Shown: positions 1 to 13,245 of the stretch, piece by piece | Layout of the letters: every line of letters begins with the position of its first letter | Position numbering within the stretch: the first letter of the stretch is position 1 | NCBI GenBank assembly: GCA_964422735.1 | Contig: CAYRCD010000005.1 | Coordinates: forward strand, 13,039-77,038 | DNA length: 64,000 nucleotides | Origin: an uncultured Dehalococcoidia bacterium | GTDB lineage: Bacteria; Chloroflexota; Dehalococcoidia; DSTF01; WHTK01 | Direction: 5' to 3' | Position numbers and translations under genes: made by a program | Notes under the pieces: model-generated | What the model was told of the DNA's origin: nothing | Database searches by the model: none | The model's input: the letters and a program-made list of their open reading frames with translations, nothing else

Positions 1-688
1 AAGCGACGGCGCGGGCGAGAGCGCCGTCGTAGAAGAACGCGGCAATCGTGCGCCCGGAGGGAACCGTTACGCGGTAAGGGCGCGATGTGTCGAAGCCGCG
101 ATCGGCCGTCTCGGTCCACGTTTCACTGCCGGGCTCGCGCACCTTCGCGGCCTGGTGCGGGGCGAGAATAACGAACGAGATGCCGCGCTCGGCGAGAATG
201 TCGAGTGCCTCGATGTCGACCGCGGTCTCCGGCAGCCACATGCCCTCAGCCCTGCGGCCAAAGCGCTTCTCGAAGTCGGCCAGCCCCCAGAGGACCTGGG
301 TACGCTTATCGCGAGAGCTTGCCAGCGGCAGGATGACGTGGTTGAAGGCCTGAGCGATGGCGGAGCCGTGACCCGAGAAGCGCTCCCGGCTCTCGCGATC
401 AGCTGCCAGCACCGCCGCGTAGACCTCGGGCTCCTTCTCTTCGAGCCAGCTCAGCAGGGTCGGGCCGAAGTTGAAGCTCAGACGGGCGTAGTTATTGACG
501 ATGCGCTCGATCCAGCCGGAGTCGTTGAGGATGCGGGCGCGGGCGTTCGGTCCGTAGCAGTCGGCGGCAACGCGCTCGTTCCAGTCGTGGTAGGGTGAGG
601 CGCTGTCCTGGATCTCGATCACGCCGAGCCAGGGGTTTTCGCGCGGCGGCTGGTAGAAGTGGCCGTGGACGCAGACGAAACGGTCCAA
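1..688 (-). CDS. DUF3536 / glycoside hydrolase family 57 protein (3' end runs off the window)
   Basis: Not in the ORF track. Reverse strand from TTG at 688 reads MDRFVCVHGHFYQPPRENPWLGVIEIQDSASPYHDWNERVAADCYGPN, the GH57/DUF3536 N-terminal motif. Starts just after the glgB stop. Confidence 0.88.
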   Translation of the reverse strand, partial: MDRFVCVHGHFYQPPRENPWLGVIEIQDSASPYHDWNERVAADCYGPNARARILNDSGWIERIVNNYARLSFNFGPTLLSWLEEKEPEVYAAVLAADRESRERFSGHGSAIAQAFNHVILPLASSRDKRTQVLWGLADFEKRFGRRAEGMWLPETAVDIEALDILAERGISFVILAPHQAAKVREPGSETWTETADRGFDTSRPYRVTVPSGRTIAAFFYDGALARAVA

Positions 689-690
689 AG

Positions 691-2705
691 CTAGCTTGGG
701 ATCTCGGCGCGCAGGAAGACGGCCGCGAGCGGAGGCAGAGTGAGGACGACGGACCAGGGGCGTCCTTGCCAGGGAATAGGGCTGGCTTCGACGCCGCCCA
801 TATTGCCCTGGCCGCTTCCGCGGTACTCAACGGCGTCGCTATTTAGCAACTCGCGCCACAAGCCGGAGCGGGGTACGCCGACCCGATAGTTCTGGCGCGG
901 CACCGGCGTGAAGTTAGCCGCGACGAGGACTGGAGGATCGCCCTCGTCGCCCTTGCGCAGGAAGGTCAGGACGCTGTTCTCCCAGTCGCTAGCTTCCAGC
1001 CATTCGAAGCCCGATCCGTCGCAGTCATGACGGTGCAACGCCGGCTCAGAGCGATAAAGCATGTTCAGGTCGGCGACCAGCCGCTGAACTCCGGCGTGGG
1101 GACCGTACTGGGTCAAGTGCCAGTCGAGGCTGGAATCGTGGTCCCATTCGCGCCGCTGAGCGAACTCGCCCCCCATGAAGAGGAGCTTCTTGCCAGGTTG
1201 CGCGTACATGAAGGAGAGGAGAAGGCGCAGGTTCGCGAACTTCTGCCAGTCGTCCCCGGGCATCGACCCGAGCAGCGAGCCCTTGCCGTGCACCACTTCG
1301 TCGTGTGAAAGAGGGAGGACGAAGTTCTCGGTAAATGCGTAGAGTCCGCGGAAGGTCAGCTCGCCGTGGTGATAGCGACGGTAAAGCGGGTCGTGCCGCA
1401 TGTACTGAAGCGTGTCGTGCATCCAGCCCATATCCCACTTGAGCCCGAAGCCCAGCCCGCCGACGTAGGTGGGGCGCGACACCATCGGCCACGAAGTCGA
1501 TTCCTCGGCGATGGTCTGGACGTCCGGATGATAGCGGTAAACCTCTTCGTTCAAGCGCCGTAGGAAGCCTATGGCCTCGAGATTCTCACGGCCGCCGTAT
1601 TCGTTGGGGGTCCACTCACCCTCACGGCGTGAGTAGTCGAGATAGAGCATCGAGGCCACGGCGTCGACGCGGATGCCGTCCACGTGATAGCGGTCGAGCC
1701 AGAAGAGAGCGCTGCTGAGCAGGAAGGAACGGACCTCGTTGCGGCCGTAGTTAAAGATCAGACTGCCCCAATCGGGATGAAAGCCCTTCTGTGGAGAGGA
1801 GTGCTCGTAGAGATGAGTGCCGTCGAAGAAGCCGAGGCCGTGCTCGTCACTGGGGAAGTGGGACGGGACCCAGTCCAGGATGACGCCGATCCCGCGTTGA
1901 TGAAGATGGTCCACGAGGTACATGAAGTCCTGGGGGGTCCCGTAACGGGCCGTGGGAGCGAAGTAGCCGGAGGTCTGATAACCCCAGGACCCGTAGAAAG
2001 GGTGCTCCATGACGGGCAGAAGCTCGACATGGGTGAACCCGAGCTCGGTCACGTAGTCTGCCAGGGCTGGAGCGAGCTCGCGATAGGACGGCGGCTTGCC
2101 GTCCTCCGCGGCCGCTCCTCGCCAGGAACCGACGTGGACCTCGTAAGCCGCGATCGGAGCATCAAGCGAGCCGCGGTCACGCCGAGATGCAAGCCATTCC
2201 GTGTCACCCCAGGCGTAGTCGAGGGGCCACACGACCGACGCGGTCTTCGGCGGGGTTTCCGCACGAGACGCGAATGGGTCCGCCTTGTCGACGCGATAGC
2301 CCGCGTAGCGCGAACAGATCCGGTACTTGTACACGCTCCCCCGCGAAACCCCAGGCACGAAGCCCTCCCAGATGCCGGACGACGCCCGCGCCCGGAGCGG
2401 ATTGGCGGCCGCGTCCCAATCGTTGAAGTCGCCGACGACTGAGACTGCTTCGGCGTCCGGCGCCCAGACGGCGAAGAATGCGCCCTGGACGCCGTTCACG
2501 GTCAGCAGGTGAGAGCCCAGCTTCTGGTAGAGGCGAACGTGGCTGCCCTCGTTGAACAAGAAGACGTCGTCGTCGGTGAGAATAGAGAAGGGTGCGGGAG
2601 GCGCGGCCGGCATCGCCGGCGGGCGCGCCGTACCTTCGCGCGACCTTGCGGCGCGGGCAGCGTTTCCAGGCTCAGACGAGCTTCGCGCGCGCTGCGTCCG
2701 TCCAC

Positions 2706-2709
<4 letters not shown>
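691..2709 (-). CDS. glgB: 1,4-alpha-glucan branching enzyme
   Basis: GH13 motifs [57 protein letters not shown] at 2709 overlaps the treS stop (GTGA); ATG at 2613 is an alternative start. Confidence 0.95.
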
Positions 2710-6002
<3,293 letters not shown>

Positions 6003-6010
6003 GGGCAGGC

Positions 6011-8041
6011 CTACACGTAGTAGTCGAAGTCTTTTTCCGACGGCGCGCGGCGGCGCAGGCGAAAGACGTGGGCGGGCATCTTGTTCGGGTCGAGCATGAC
6101 GAAATTGCGGGCGCCCTGCCAGACGTAGCGCTCGTCGCTGAGCAGGTCATGCACCTGATAAGGCTCTTCGGCGTCAACCCCCAGGTCCCCGAGCGGGATC
6201 TGGACCCAGCCGGCTTGCGCCGCCCTGGGGTCAAGGTTGACCACCGTGAGGACCACCTGGCCACGCGGCGCAGACTTGGTGTAGGCGATCAGCGACTCGT
6301 TGTCCACGGGATGAAAGCGCAGACTCGCGTTAGCGCGCAGGGGAGCGTTCTCGCGCCGGATGCGGTTGACACGGGCAATTACCCCGCGCAGGCTGTCGGC
6401 CCCCGCGAGGTCCCAGTGGCGGACCTCGTACTTCTCCGAATTCAGGTACTCCTCGCTTCCCGGCTCCCGAGGTCGAGCCTCGCAGAGCTCAAACGCGGGG
6501 CCGTAGATGCCGTAGCTCGCCCCCAGCGTCGCGGCGAGCACGAGGCGGGCGATGAAAGCGGCCCTGCCGCCGGTCTGCAGATACTCGTGCAGGATGTCGG
6601 GCGTGTTCGGCCAGAGGTTCGGCCTGAAGAAGTGCCCCACCGGGGGTTGGCATAGCTCCTCGAAGTACTGGACGATCTCCGCTTTCGTGTTTCGCCAGGT
6701 GAAATAGGTGTACGACTGGCTGAAGCCAACCTTCGCCAGCCTGAACATGACCTTCGGGCGTGTGAACGCCTCGGCGAGGAAGATGATGTCGGGGTGCTCG
6801 CGCTTTGTCTCGCCGATCAGCCATTCCCAGAAGGCGAACGGCTTGGTGTGAGGATTGTCAACGCGGAACAGGCGAATGCCGTGGCCCACCCAGAAGTCGA
6901 CGACGCTCTTGAGCTCCGACCAGAGCGCCTGCCAGTCCTCACATTCGAGGTCAAAAGGGTAGATGTCCTCGTACTTCTTGGGGGGGTTCTCGGCGTGGCG
7001 AATCGTCCCATCAGGACGACGCCGGAACCACTCCCGGTGCTCGCGGACGTAAGGGTGGTCGGGCGAGCACTGGAAGGCGAGGTCCATCGCGATCTCAATC
7101 CCGCGTGACGCCGCCTCGTCCACGAGACGGCAGAAGTCCGGCATGGTCCCGAGGTCGGGGTCGATCGCCTTGTGGCCACCGGCCTCGGAGCCGATGGCCC
7201 AGGGGCTTCCAGGAGCCTCGGCGCCCGACTCGTTCGCGTTATCGTGTCCCTTGCGATTGGTGCGTCCGACTGGGTGGACCGGTGGCAGGTAGAGGACGTC
7301 GAAGCCCATCTCGGCCACGTAGTCGAGACGGGCGATCACATCGGCCAGAGTTCCCGGCCGACCCGGATCGGGCGAAGCGGACCGCGGAAACATCTCGTAC
7401 CAGGAGCCGTAGAGGGCCCGCTCGCGGTCCACCACGAGGCGACGGGGCGGGTCGATCGTGGTGGAGCCGCGGCGGTCGGCGTAGCGGGCCATTATCACAG
7501 CCAGGGTGTCCTCGAGGGCGATGCCGGCGCGCAGGCCCGAATCCCAGTCCTTGCCGAGGGCGGAAGCCCGTTCTTCGAGGCCGCGCCGATCGGTAGCCGC
7601 AGCGCGGGAGGCGGCCTGGACGACGAGGACTGCCCCGGCGACGAGCTCGGCGCTGAGGTCCTGGCCGGCATCGAGCCGCCTCTTGAGGTCGCGGCGCCAC
7701 GACTGAAAGGCATCGGGCCAGGCCTCGACGCGGAATTCATACTCTCCCGGTTCGGCGGGCGTGAACTCCCCGCGCCAGCGGTCATTGCCGAGCGCGCTCA
7801 TCGGCGACTCCTGCCAGTCCCCGCCGCGGCGGCGGTACTGGACGACGGCGCCGATTTCGTCCTGGCCGTCGAGGAAGATGTCGGCCTCCACCGGCACGGC
7901 CTCGCCGGCGATGGCTTTGGCGGCGAAGACGCCCTGATCGACGGTGGGCGATACGGCTTCGATTACCACACGGCGCGGCATCTTTTCGGGGGCGGCTGCC
8001 TTCAAGGCGGGGATCGCGGGCGTCACATCGGAAGCGCTCAC
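6011..8041 (-). CDS. glgE: alpha-1,4-glucan:maltose-1-phosphate maltosyltransferase
   Basis: [66 protein letters not shown] at 8041 lies 6 nt after a TACTAT box. Confidence 0.95.
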   Translation of the reverse strand: MSASDVTPAIPALKAAAPEKMPRRVVIEAVSPTVDQGVFAAKAIAGEAVPVEADIFLDGQDEIGAVVQYRRRGGDWQESPMSALGNDRWRGEFTPAEPGEYEFRVEAWPDAFQSWRRDLKRRLDAGQDLSAELVAGAVLVVQAASRAAATDRRGLEERASALGKDWDSGLRAGIALEDTLAVIMARYADRRGSTTIDPPRRLVVDRERALYGSWYEMFPRSASPDPGRPGTLADVIARLDYVAEMGFDVLYLPPVHPVGRTNRKGHDNANESGAEAPGSPWAIGSEAGGHKAIDPDLGTMPDFCRLVDEAASRGIEIAMDLAFQCSPDHPYVREHREWFRRRPDGTIRHAENPPKKYEDIYPFDLECEDWQALWSELKSVVDFWVGHGIRLFRVDNPHTKPFAFWEWLIGETKREHPDIIFLAEAFTRPKVMFRLAKVGFSQSYTYFTWRNTKAEIVQYFEELCQPPVGHFFRPNLWPNTPDILHEYLQTGGRAAFIARLVLAATLGASYGIYGPAFELCEARPREPGSEEYLNSEKYEVRHWDLAGADSLRGVIARVNRIRRENAPLRANASLRFHPVDNESLIAYTKSAPRGQVVLTVVNLDPRAAQAGWVQIPLGDLGVDAEEPYQVHDLLSDERYVWQGARNFVMLDPNKMPAHVFRLRRRAPSEKDFDYYV

Positions 8042-8142
8042 GATCTGATAGTAGAGCAAAGCCCGAAGCCGAGTCAGTCGGGTCTTCCCCTGACCGGCGG
8101 GAATCGCTGGCCCAACTGCGTCGAGGCCGTATCCTAGAGGCG

Positions 8143-9171
8143 ATGTCCAGCCCTCTTGGCTTTCGCGCCCGACGGCCGCAGCCCGGCGTTCTTCTCCTTT
8201 TCACGATCGCGGCGAGCCTCCTGGTGTCGGGCTGCGGCGGCTCTTCGAAGAACGCGAACGCGCCGGGACCCGGGGACCGGTTTCTCCTCACGAACCAGGC
8301 GGGATTGAACGAGAGCACCGCGAGCGGTACTCCCCGGCTGTTCCTGAAGTTCGATGACGGCTCCTTCATCCTCGATCCCGCGATTGCTCCGGACGGGAAG
8401 CGCATCGCCTTCATCCGTCAGGCGCCGGCCAGGGCCCGGCCAGACGGCAGCATCGACTTCGGCTCGGACCTTTACGTCGCCGACCGGGACGGAAAGAACG
8501 CCAGGCTGCTCGTCCTCCACGGCGCAGTCGCCGAGTTCCTTCGAACACCGGTGTGGCTCTCGGACGGGGAGATACTCTTCGGCGTGCGGGGGCGGGCCGC
8601 GGACGGCCGCGCCGACTTCCGCACGGAGCGTCTGAACCTCCAGACCGGCCAGCGTTCCCGCCTGATCGAGGGCGGCGTCGACCCGGCGATCTCGGCCGAC
8701 CGCAAGAGCATCGCCTTCCTCAAAGTTGACCCGGTTACCCAGGAGGAAGATCTGATCGTCTCCGCGACCGACCTCAGCAGCCGCCGGACAGTGGTGGACC
8801 GCAACAGCGGCCTGGCTCTGATTTCCGGGCAGGTATTCTCCCCGGACGGGACGCGGATCGCCTTCGCGGCGGTTGACGTCGGCGCGACGACGCCAACCCC
8901 TCGCTCCGGGCGGCCGAGCGATAAGACGCGGCTGGCGGCTCTCGTCCATCCCTTCGCCCAGGACGTGTGGATCGTGAACCGTGACGGCACCGGCCTGCGC
9001 AGGCTGACCGAGATCGCCGAGAACATGCCTTCGCTGACCTGGTCCGGCGACGGCGCCACGCTCTTCGCGATCGGGCCGGTGTCGTTCTGGCAGATAGAGC
9101 CCGCGTCCGGGAAATCGGAACAGATCGGGCAGGGTGTGCCCCTGGGTCAGATCGTCTGGATCGGCCGCTAG
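8143..9171 (+). CDS. TolB-like (PD40 beta-propeller) lipoprotein
   Basis: Lipobox LVSGC; repeated PAI.PDGKRIAF, WLSDG, FSPDGTRIAF, WSGDG motifs. Confidence 0.75.
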   Translation: MSSPLGFRARRPQPGVLLLFTIAASLLVSGCGGSSKNANAPGPGDRFLLTNQAGLNESTASGTPRLFLKFDDGSFILDPAIAPDGKRIAFIRQAPARARPDGSIDFGSDLYVADRDGKNARLLVLHGAVAEFLRTPVWLSDGEILFGVRGRAADGRADFRTERLNLQTGQRSRLIEGGVDPAISADRKSIAFLKVDPVTQEEDLIVSATDLSSRRTVVDRNSGLALISGQVFSPDGTRIAFAAVDVGATTPTPRSGRPSDKTRLAALVHPFAQDVWIVNRDGTGLRRLTEIAENMPSLTWSGDGATLFAIGPVSFWQIEPASGKSEQIGQGVPLGQIVWIGR

Positions 9172-9265
9172 GCCGCGCGTTGACTTTCGCGCCGGGCTCA
9201 CCAATCATCTCTGTAATTCAGACCAGCAAGCGGTAGGCGCCCTCGGGGCGTCAGGGGGCAGGCCC

Positions 9266-10465
9266 GTGAACATCGACTCTTATAACGCCTTCTCACCAGC
9301 GGTTCGAGAAGACCCCTATCCTCACTATGCCGAGTTGCGACGCAGCGGCGTGGCGCGGGTTGAGCCCCTCGGCCTCTGGGCCGTCAGCCGCTACGACGAC
9401 GTCGTGTTCGTCCTCAAGAACCACGAACTTTTTTCGTCAGCGCCTCTCAACCACGCGCTGCTCGGGGGTGCGCAGGGGCGCACCCTCATCGGTTCCGACC
9501 CGCCGGAGCACACGCGCCTGCGCAGCATCGTCAATCGCGCCTTCACGCCACGTATGGTGGCCGAGCTGGAACCGCGCATTCGGCAGATCACCGAGGAGTT
9601 GATCGACGCGATCGCCGCCGGGGATGGCCACTTCGACCTGGTCGAGGACCTTTCGGTCCCCGTTCCCGTAATCGTCATTGCCGAGATCCTGGGCATCGAC
9701 AGCGACAGACGCCACGACTTCAAGCGCTGGTCCGACGACCTGGTGTTCTCGCGCAGCGCCTCCTTCGACCCGCAGGAGCAATCGCGCCTCCAGGAAAGCA
9801 TGGGCGAATTCCGCTCCTATTTTGAGGACGTCCTGGAGGAGCGCCGGCGCCAACCGCGCCAGGACCTTATCAGCGCATTGGTGAGAGCCGAGGAGTCCGA
9901 GCGCCTGACGCCGGCCGAGGTCATGGCCTTCACCGTCCTCCTCCTGATTGCCGGCAACGAGACTACGACGAACTTGATCGCGAACGCCGTCCTCGCCTTG
10001 CTGGAGCATCCCACGGAGATGGCGCGCGTGATCGCGGACCCTGGCCTGGTACCAAACCTGGTCGAGGAGGCCTTACGCTTCGACTCGCCGGTCCAGGGCT
10101 TGTTCCGGCTGGCAACGAGAGATGTCGAGCTTTGCGGCGTGACGGTCCCGAGCGGGTCGATCGCCATGCCGCTGTTCGCGTCGGCCAACAGGGATGAGCG
10201 GCACTTCCCCGAGCCGGACCGCTTCGATGCAGGACGGGCCAACGCCGGCGATCACGTGGCATTCGGCTATGGACCGCACTTCTGCCTGGGGGCGCCGCTG
10301 GCCCGGTTGGAGGGTCGCGTGGTCCTCGAGACCCTGCTGCGGCGCCTCCGCGGCCTCGAGCGCGCCGCGGCCGGCCTCGACCGCCTCGATTCCTTCTTCC
10401 TCCGAGGCCTGGCCAGCCTGCCTCTGCGCTTCAAGACCACGGCCCGAGCGCTGGGCGAGACTTGA
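9266..10465 (+). CDS. cytochrome P450
   Basis: DPPEHTRLR, I-helix AGNETT, EALR, heme motif FGYGPHFCLG. Start moved to GTG 9266. Confidence 0.95.
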   Translation: MNIDSYNAFSPAVREDPYPHYAELRRSGVARVEPLGLWAVSRYDDVVFVLKNHELFSSAPLNHALLGGAQGRTLIGSDPPEHTRLRSIVNRAFTPRMVAELEPRIRQITEELIDAIAAGDGHFDLVEDLSVPVPVIVIAEILGIDSDRRHDFKRWSDDLVFSRSASFDPQEQSRLQESMGEFRSYFEDVLEERRRQPRQDLISALVRAEESERLTPAEVMAFTVLLLIAGNETTTNLIANAVLALLEHPTEMARVIADPGLVPNLVEEALRFDSPVQGLFRLATRDVELCGVTVPSGSIAMPLFASANRDERHFPEPDRFDAGRANAGDHVAFGYGPHFCLGAPLARLEGRVVLETLLRRLRGLERAAAGLDRLDSFFLRGLASLPLRFKTTARALGET

Positions 10466-10481
10466 CGGCGAGGAGAGAAGC

Positions 10482-11342
10482 ATGCCAGAGGCGAGCGTAA
10501 ACGGGGTCGAGACACATTACGAAGTGCAGGGGGCCGGGACACCGGTCCTGTTCATCCACGGCGGCTATGGCGGCGCCGCGACCACCCTGATTCCGGTCCC
10601 GAACGTGATCAGGAGCGTGCTGCCTCAGGACCGCTTTCACCTGGTCACGTATGACCGGCGCTGCTGCGGGCAGTCGGAATATGTCCTGAGGGAGTACACG
10701 CTCGTCGACCTGGCGGCCGACGCGGCCGCCCTGCTCGGTCATCTCGGCATTGGTCGCGCGATAATCGTCGGCAGCTCGGCCGGCGGGCCCGTCGCGCTCC
10801 AGTTCGCCCTCGCCTATCCGCAGCGCGTCCTGGCGTTGAGCCTGCCCAACACCGGCGCGAACCTGATGGACCGATCGCGGGCGGTGTCGGTCCAGCGCGC
10901 CCAGCTGGTCGAGCGCTTCCGCAAAGACGGCGCCCGGGCCGTGTTCGAGTCGCGCAAAGAGCAGCTGCGCACGCCGCCTGAAGTCGCCGGCGCCGCGGCC
11001 GCGGAGATGGCGGTGCGCCGAGAGTCGCTGGTCGCGGCACTGGCGGCGCTGCCGGAAGACGATCTCTTTCGCTACTCGACGGGCGAGATCTGCAACTTCG
11101 CGGCCTATCTCGGCTTCGACTTCGCGCCCCGTCTGCACGAGTTGAAGATGCCGGTCAGCGTTATCCATGGGACCGCGGACGCGACGGTCCCGTTCGAATG
11201 GGGCAAGGCCCTGCACGACGGCATCCCCCAATCCGAGTTCCACCCGATCGAGGGCGGCGTACACGGCATCATCGGCAACGCGGCCGCGGCCGAGGTGTTG
11301 AGGGCGTGGGGATCGAGGGTCGCGGCGCCGGCGCGGGTTTGA
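10482..11342 (+). CDS. alpha/beta fold hydrolase
   Basis: LFIHGG, GSSAGG nucleophile elbow, IHGTADATVP, C-terminal His. AGGAG RBS before ATG 10482. Confidence 0.88.
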   Translation: MPEASVNGVETHYEVQGAGTPVLFIHGGYGGAATTLIPVPNVIRSVLPQDRFHLVTYDRRCCGQSEYVLREYTLVDLAADAAALLGHLGIGRAIIVGSSAGGPVALQFALAYPQRVLALSLPNTGANLMDRSRAVSVQRAQLVERFRKDGARAVFESRKEQLRTPPEVAGAAAAEMAVRRESLVAALAALPEDDLFRYSTGEICNFAAYLGFDFAPRLHELKMPVSVIHGTADATVPFEWGKALHDGIPQSEFHPIEGGVHGIIGNAAAAEVLRAWGSRVAAPARV

Positions 11343-11405
11343 CGGAGTACCGAGCGGAAAGGCTGGGGAATGACCTGAGCTGGGAAGGGAAGGAAGCCTG
11401 AGGAG

Positions 11406-12140
11406 ATGAGGAATATCGGGCCGCTTGTCCTCGCGGGCTCGGGCGAGTACACGCCGACAATGGACCTGGTCGACCAATACCTGCTCGAGCGTCTGGGCGG
11501 GAAGCCTGTCGTCCTCATCGCCACGGCCTGCGCCATCGAGGGCGGCGAACGGATGACCTGGTGGGAGCAGCTCGGCGTCGCCCACTTCATGCGCCTGGGC
11601 ATCGAGGCGGCGCCGGTGCGCATCGCCACGCCGGAAGACGCGAACGCGGAGGAAAAGGCGGCCACGATCGCCGCAGCGGGCTTCGTCTGGTTCTCCGGAG
11701 GCAGCGCCGTCTACCTGGCGCGGACCTTCGACGGCACCCGCGCCTGGGCGGCGCTGCAGGCCATGAACGATCGCGGCGGCGCGGTCGCCGGGGCGTCGGG
11801 CGGCCTGGGCGTGCTCAACCCGCACGTGCACAACCCCAACCTTCCCGGCCCGACTGGATTGGGTCTGGCGACGCCTGTGCGGGCCATGTCGCACTTCGAC
11901 CGCATGGAGGCGCGGCGCCCGGAGATGATCGAGCGGATCGTCTCCAACCTCGCGCCCGGCCGGAAGATCGCCGGCGTCGACGAGGACACGGCCATCGTCT
12001 GGACCGAGGGCGCCTGGGTGGCCATGGGCCACAAGCGCGTGCAGGTGTTCGAGAACGGCAAGCCGCCGATGCTCTTCCGTCACGGCGACCGCATCGAGGT
12101 CCTGCCGGCGCCCGAGCGGGCGCTCCCGGTCGCGAAATAG
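11406..12140 (+). CDS. peptidase S51 / cyanophycinase-like protein
   Basis: LAGSGE, FSGGS, GASGG (Ser nucleophile), SHFD, GVDEDTA motifs; GAGGAG RBS. Confidence 0.75.
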   Translation: MRNIGPLVLAGSGEYTPTMDLVDQYLLERLGGKPVVLIATACAIEGGERMTWWEQLGVAHFMRLGIEAAPVRIATPEDANAEEKAATIAAAGFVWFSGGSAVYLARTFDGTRAWAALQAMNDRGGAVAGASGGLGVLNPHVHNPNLPGPTGLGLATPVRAMSHFDRMEARRPEMIERIVSNLAPGRKIAGVDEDTAIVWTEGAWVAMGHKRVQVFENGKPPMLFRHGDRIEVLPAPERALPVAK

Positions 12141-12141
12141 G

Positions 12142-12438
12142 CCCGGCGTCGCGGCCCTCGTCCTGAGATTGCTGGAGAAGGACCCGTCGAAGCGCCCTAA
12201 GAGCGCCGCCGAGGTTGGACAGGCGCTGGCGGGGATCGACCTGAACGCGGCCTCAGCCCTTCGACAAGCTCAGGATGGACAGATCGCCACGCTATCCGTC
12301 CATCCCGAGTCCATCGAAGGATGGACCCCACGCAGGCGCTGACCCCATGTCCGCCAGACCTTCGCCGGAAGCGAGACAGATCTCCAACAGCCACGCCTCC
12401 GCCTGCATCAGCGGGTATACGAGGTGGTGTGGCGGTAG
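12142..12438 (+). pseudogene. collapsed remnant of a Ser/Thr kinase-STAND ATPase-cyclase paralogue
   Basis: One frame reads PGVAALVLRLLEKDPSKRPKSAAEVGQALAGIDL (kinase C-lobe end), a REP-derived peptide, a stop at 12340, RQTFAGSETDLQQ (ATPase start) and HQRVYEVVWR* (cyclase end). Each part resembles the matching part of the 25134..29918 protein. Confidence 0.75.
12257..12326. repeat. REP-like inverted-repeat doublet, family A
   Basis: CCTTCGACAAGCTCAGGATGGAC-17 nt-GTCCATCCCGAGTCCATCGAAGG; each arm matches the copy at 29591-29653 at 21/23. Confidence 0.85.
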
Positions 12439-12447
12439 GGCGCCGCC

Positions 12448-13245
12448 TCACATACTCAGCTCTTCGCCGCCATCGACGCCGATGGTGTTGCCGGTCATCC
12501 AGGAGAGGCGTTCGTCGCTGAGGACCGCTATTGCCCTGGCAACGTCCTCGGGAGTCGTGGCGCGGCCGGAAGGGTTATACATCTGGGCGTGCTCCAAGAG
12601 GGTGTTTCCCTCGGGGATGCGGCGCAGCGCCGGTGTGTCGGTGACGCCCGCGCGGATGGCATTGGCGGTGACGCCGAGGGGCGCAAGCTCGAAGGCCAGC
12701 TGGCGGATGTGTGACTCGAGCGCCGCCTTGGCCGCGGAGACGGCGCCGTAGCTGCGAAGGACGCGGCTGGAGCCCGAGCTGGTCATGGCGAAGATGCGGC
12801 TGCCGCGCCGCAGGAGGCCCTTACCGACCAGGTCCTGGGCCCAGTAGAGCAGGCTGTTGCCCATGACGTCGAGCGTCATCTCGACCTGGCGCTGGCTCAG
12901 GGCTTCCTTGGGATTCTCCGCGATCACCGGCATTAAAGTCCCGAACGCCAGCGAGTGGAGCATGACGCGCACGAAGGAGTCGGTCTCGGCCGCCTTCATG
13001 GCCATCGTCGCGACGGCTTCTGCCCGCTTGGCGGCGTCGGCGGCGTTCATGTTGAAGAACACGGCCTGGCGTCCCTCGCGCCGCACCGCCTCCATGACGG
13101 CCTCGGCGTTGGGGAGGGTTGAGCGCAGGTCAAGGTGGACCCCGAAGACGTCGAGGCCCGACCGGGCCAGCTCGACGGCGGTCGCGCCGCCAAAGCCGCT
13201 GGAAGCGCCGAGGACTACGGCCCAACCGCTGAGTTTCTCAGCCAT
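12448..13245 (-). CDS. SDR family oxidoreductase, FabL-like enoyl-ACP reductase
   Basis: GASSGFG, YGAVSAAKAALE (Yx6K), ANAIRAGVTDT, WMTGNTIGVDGG. AAGGAG RBS before ATG 13245. Confidence 0.8.
   Translation of the reverse strand: MAEKLSGWAVVLGASSGFGGATAVELARSGLDVFGVHLDLRSTLPNAEAVMEAVRREGRQAVFFNMNAADAAKRAEAVATMAMKAAETDSFVRVMLHSLAFGTLMPVIAENPKEALSQRQVEMTLDVMGNSLLYWAQDLVGKGLLRRGSRIFAMTSSGSSRVLRSYGAVSAAKAALESHIRQLAFELAPLGVTANAIRAGVTDTPALRRIPEGNTLLEHAQMYNPSGRATTPEDVARAIAVLSDERLSWMTGNTIGVDGGEELSM

Noticed and set aside
10431-12083. 550-aa minus-strand ORF and many similar long overlapping ORFs
   Set aside because: Antisense or alternate-frame shadows typical of high-GC DNA, overlapping well-supported genes.
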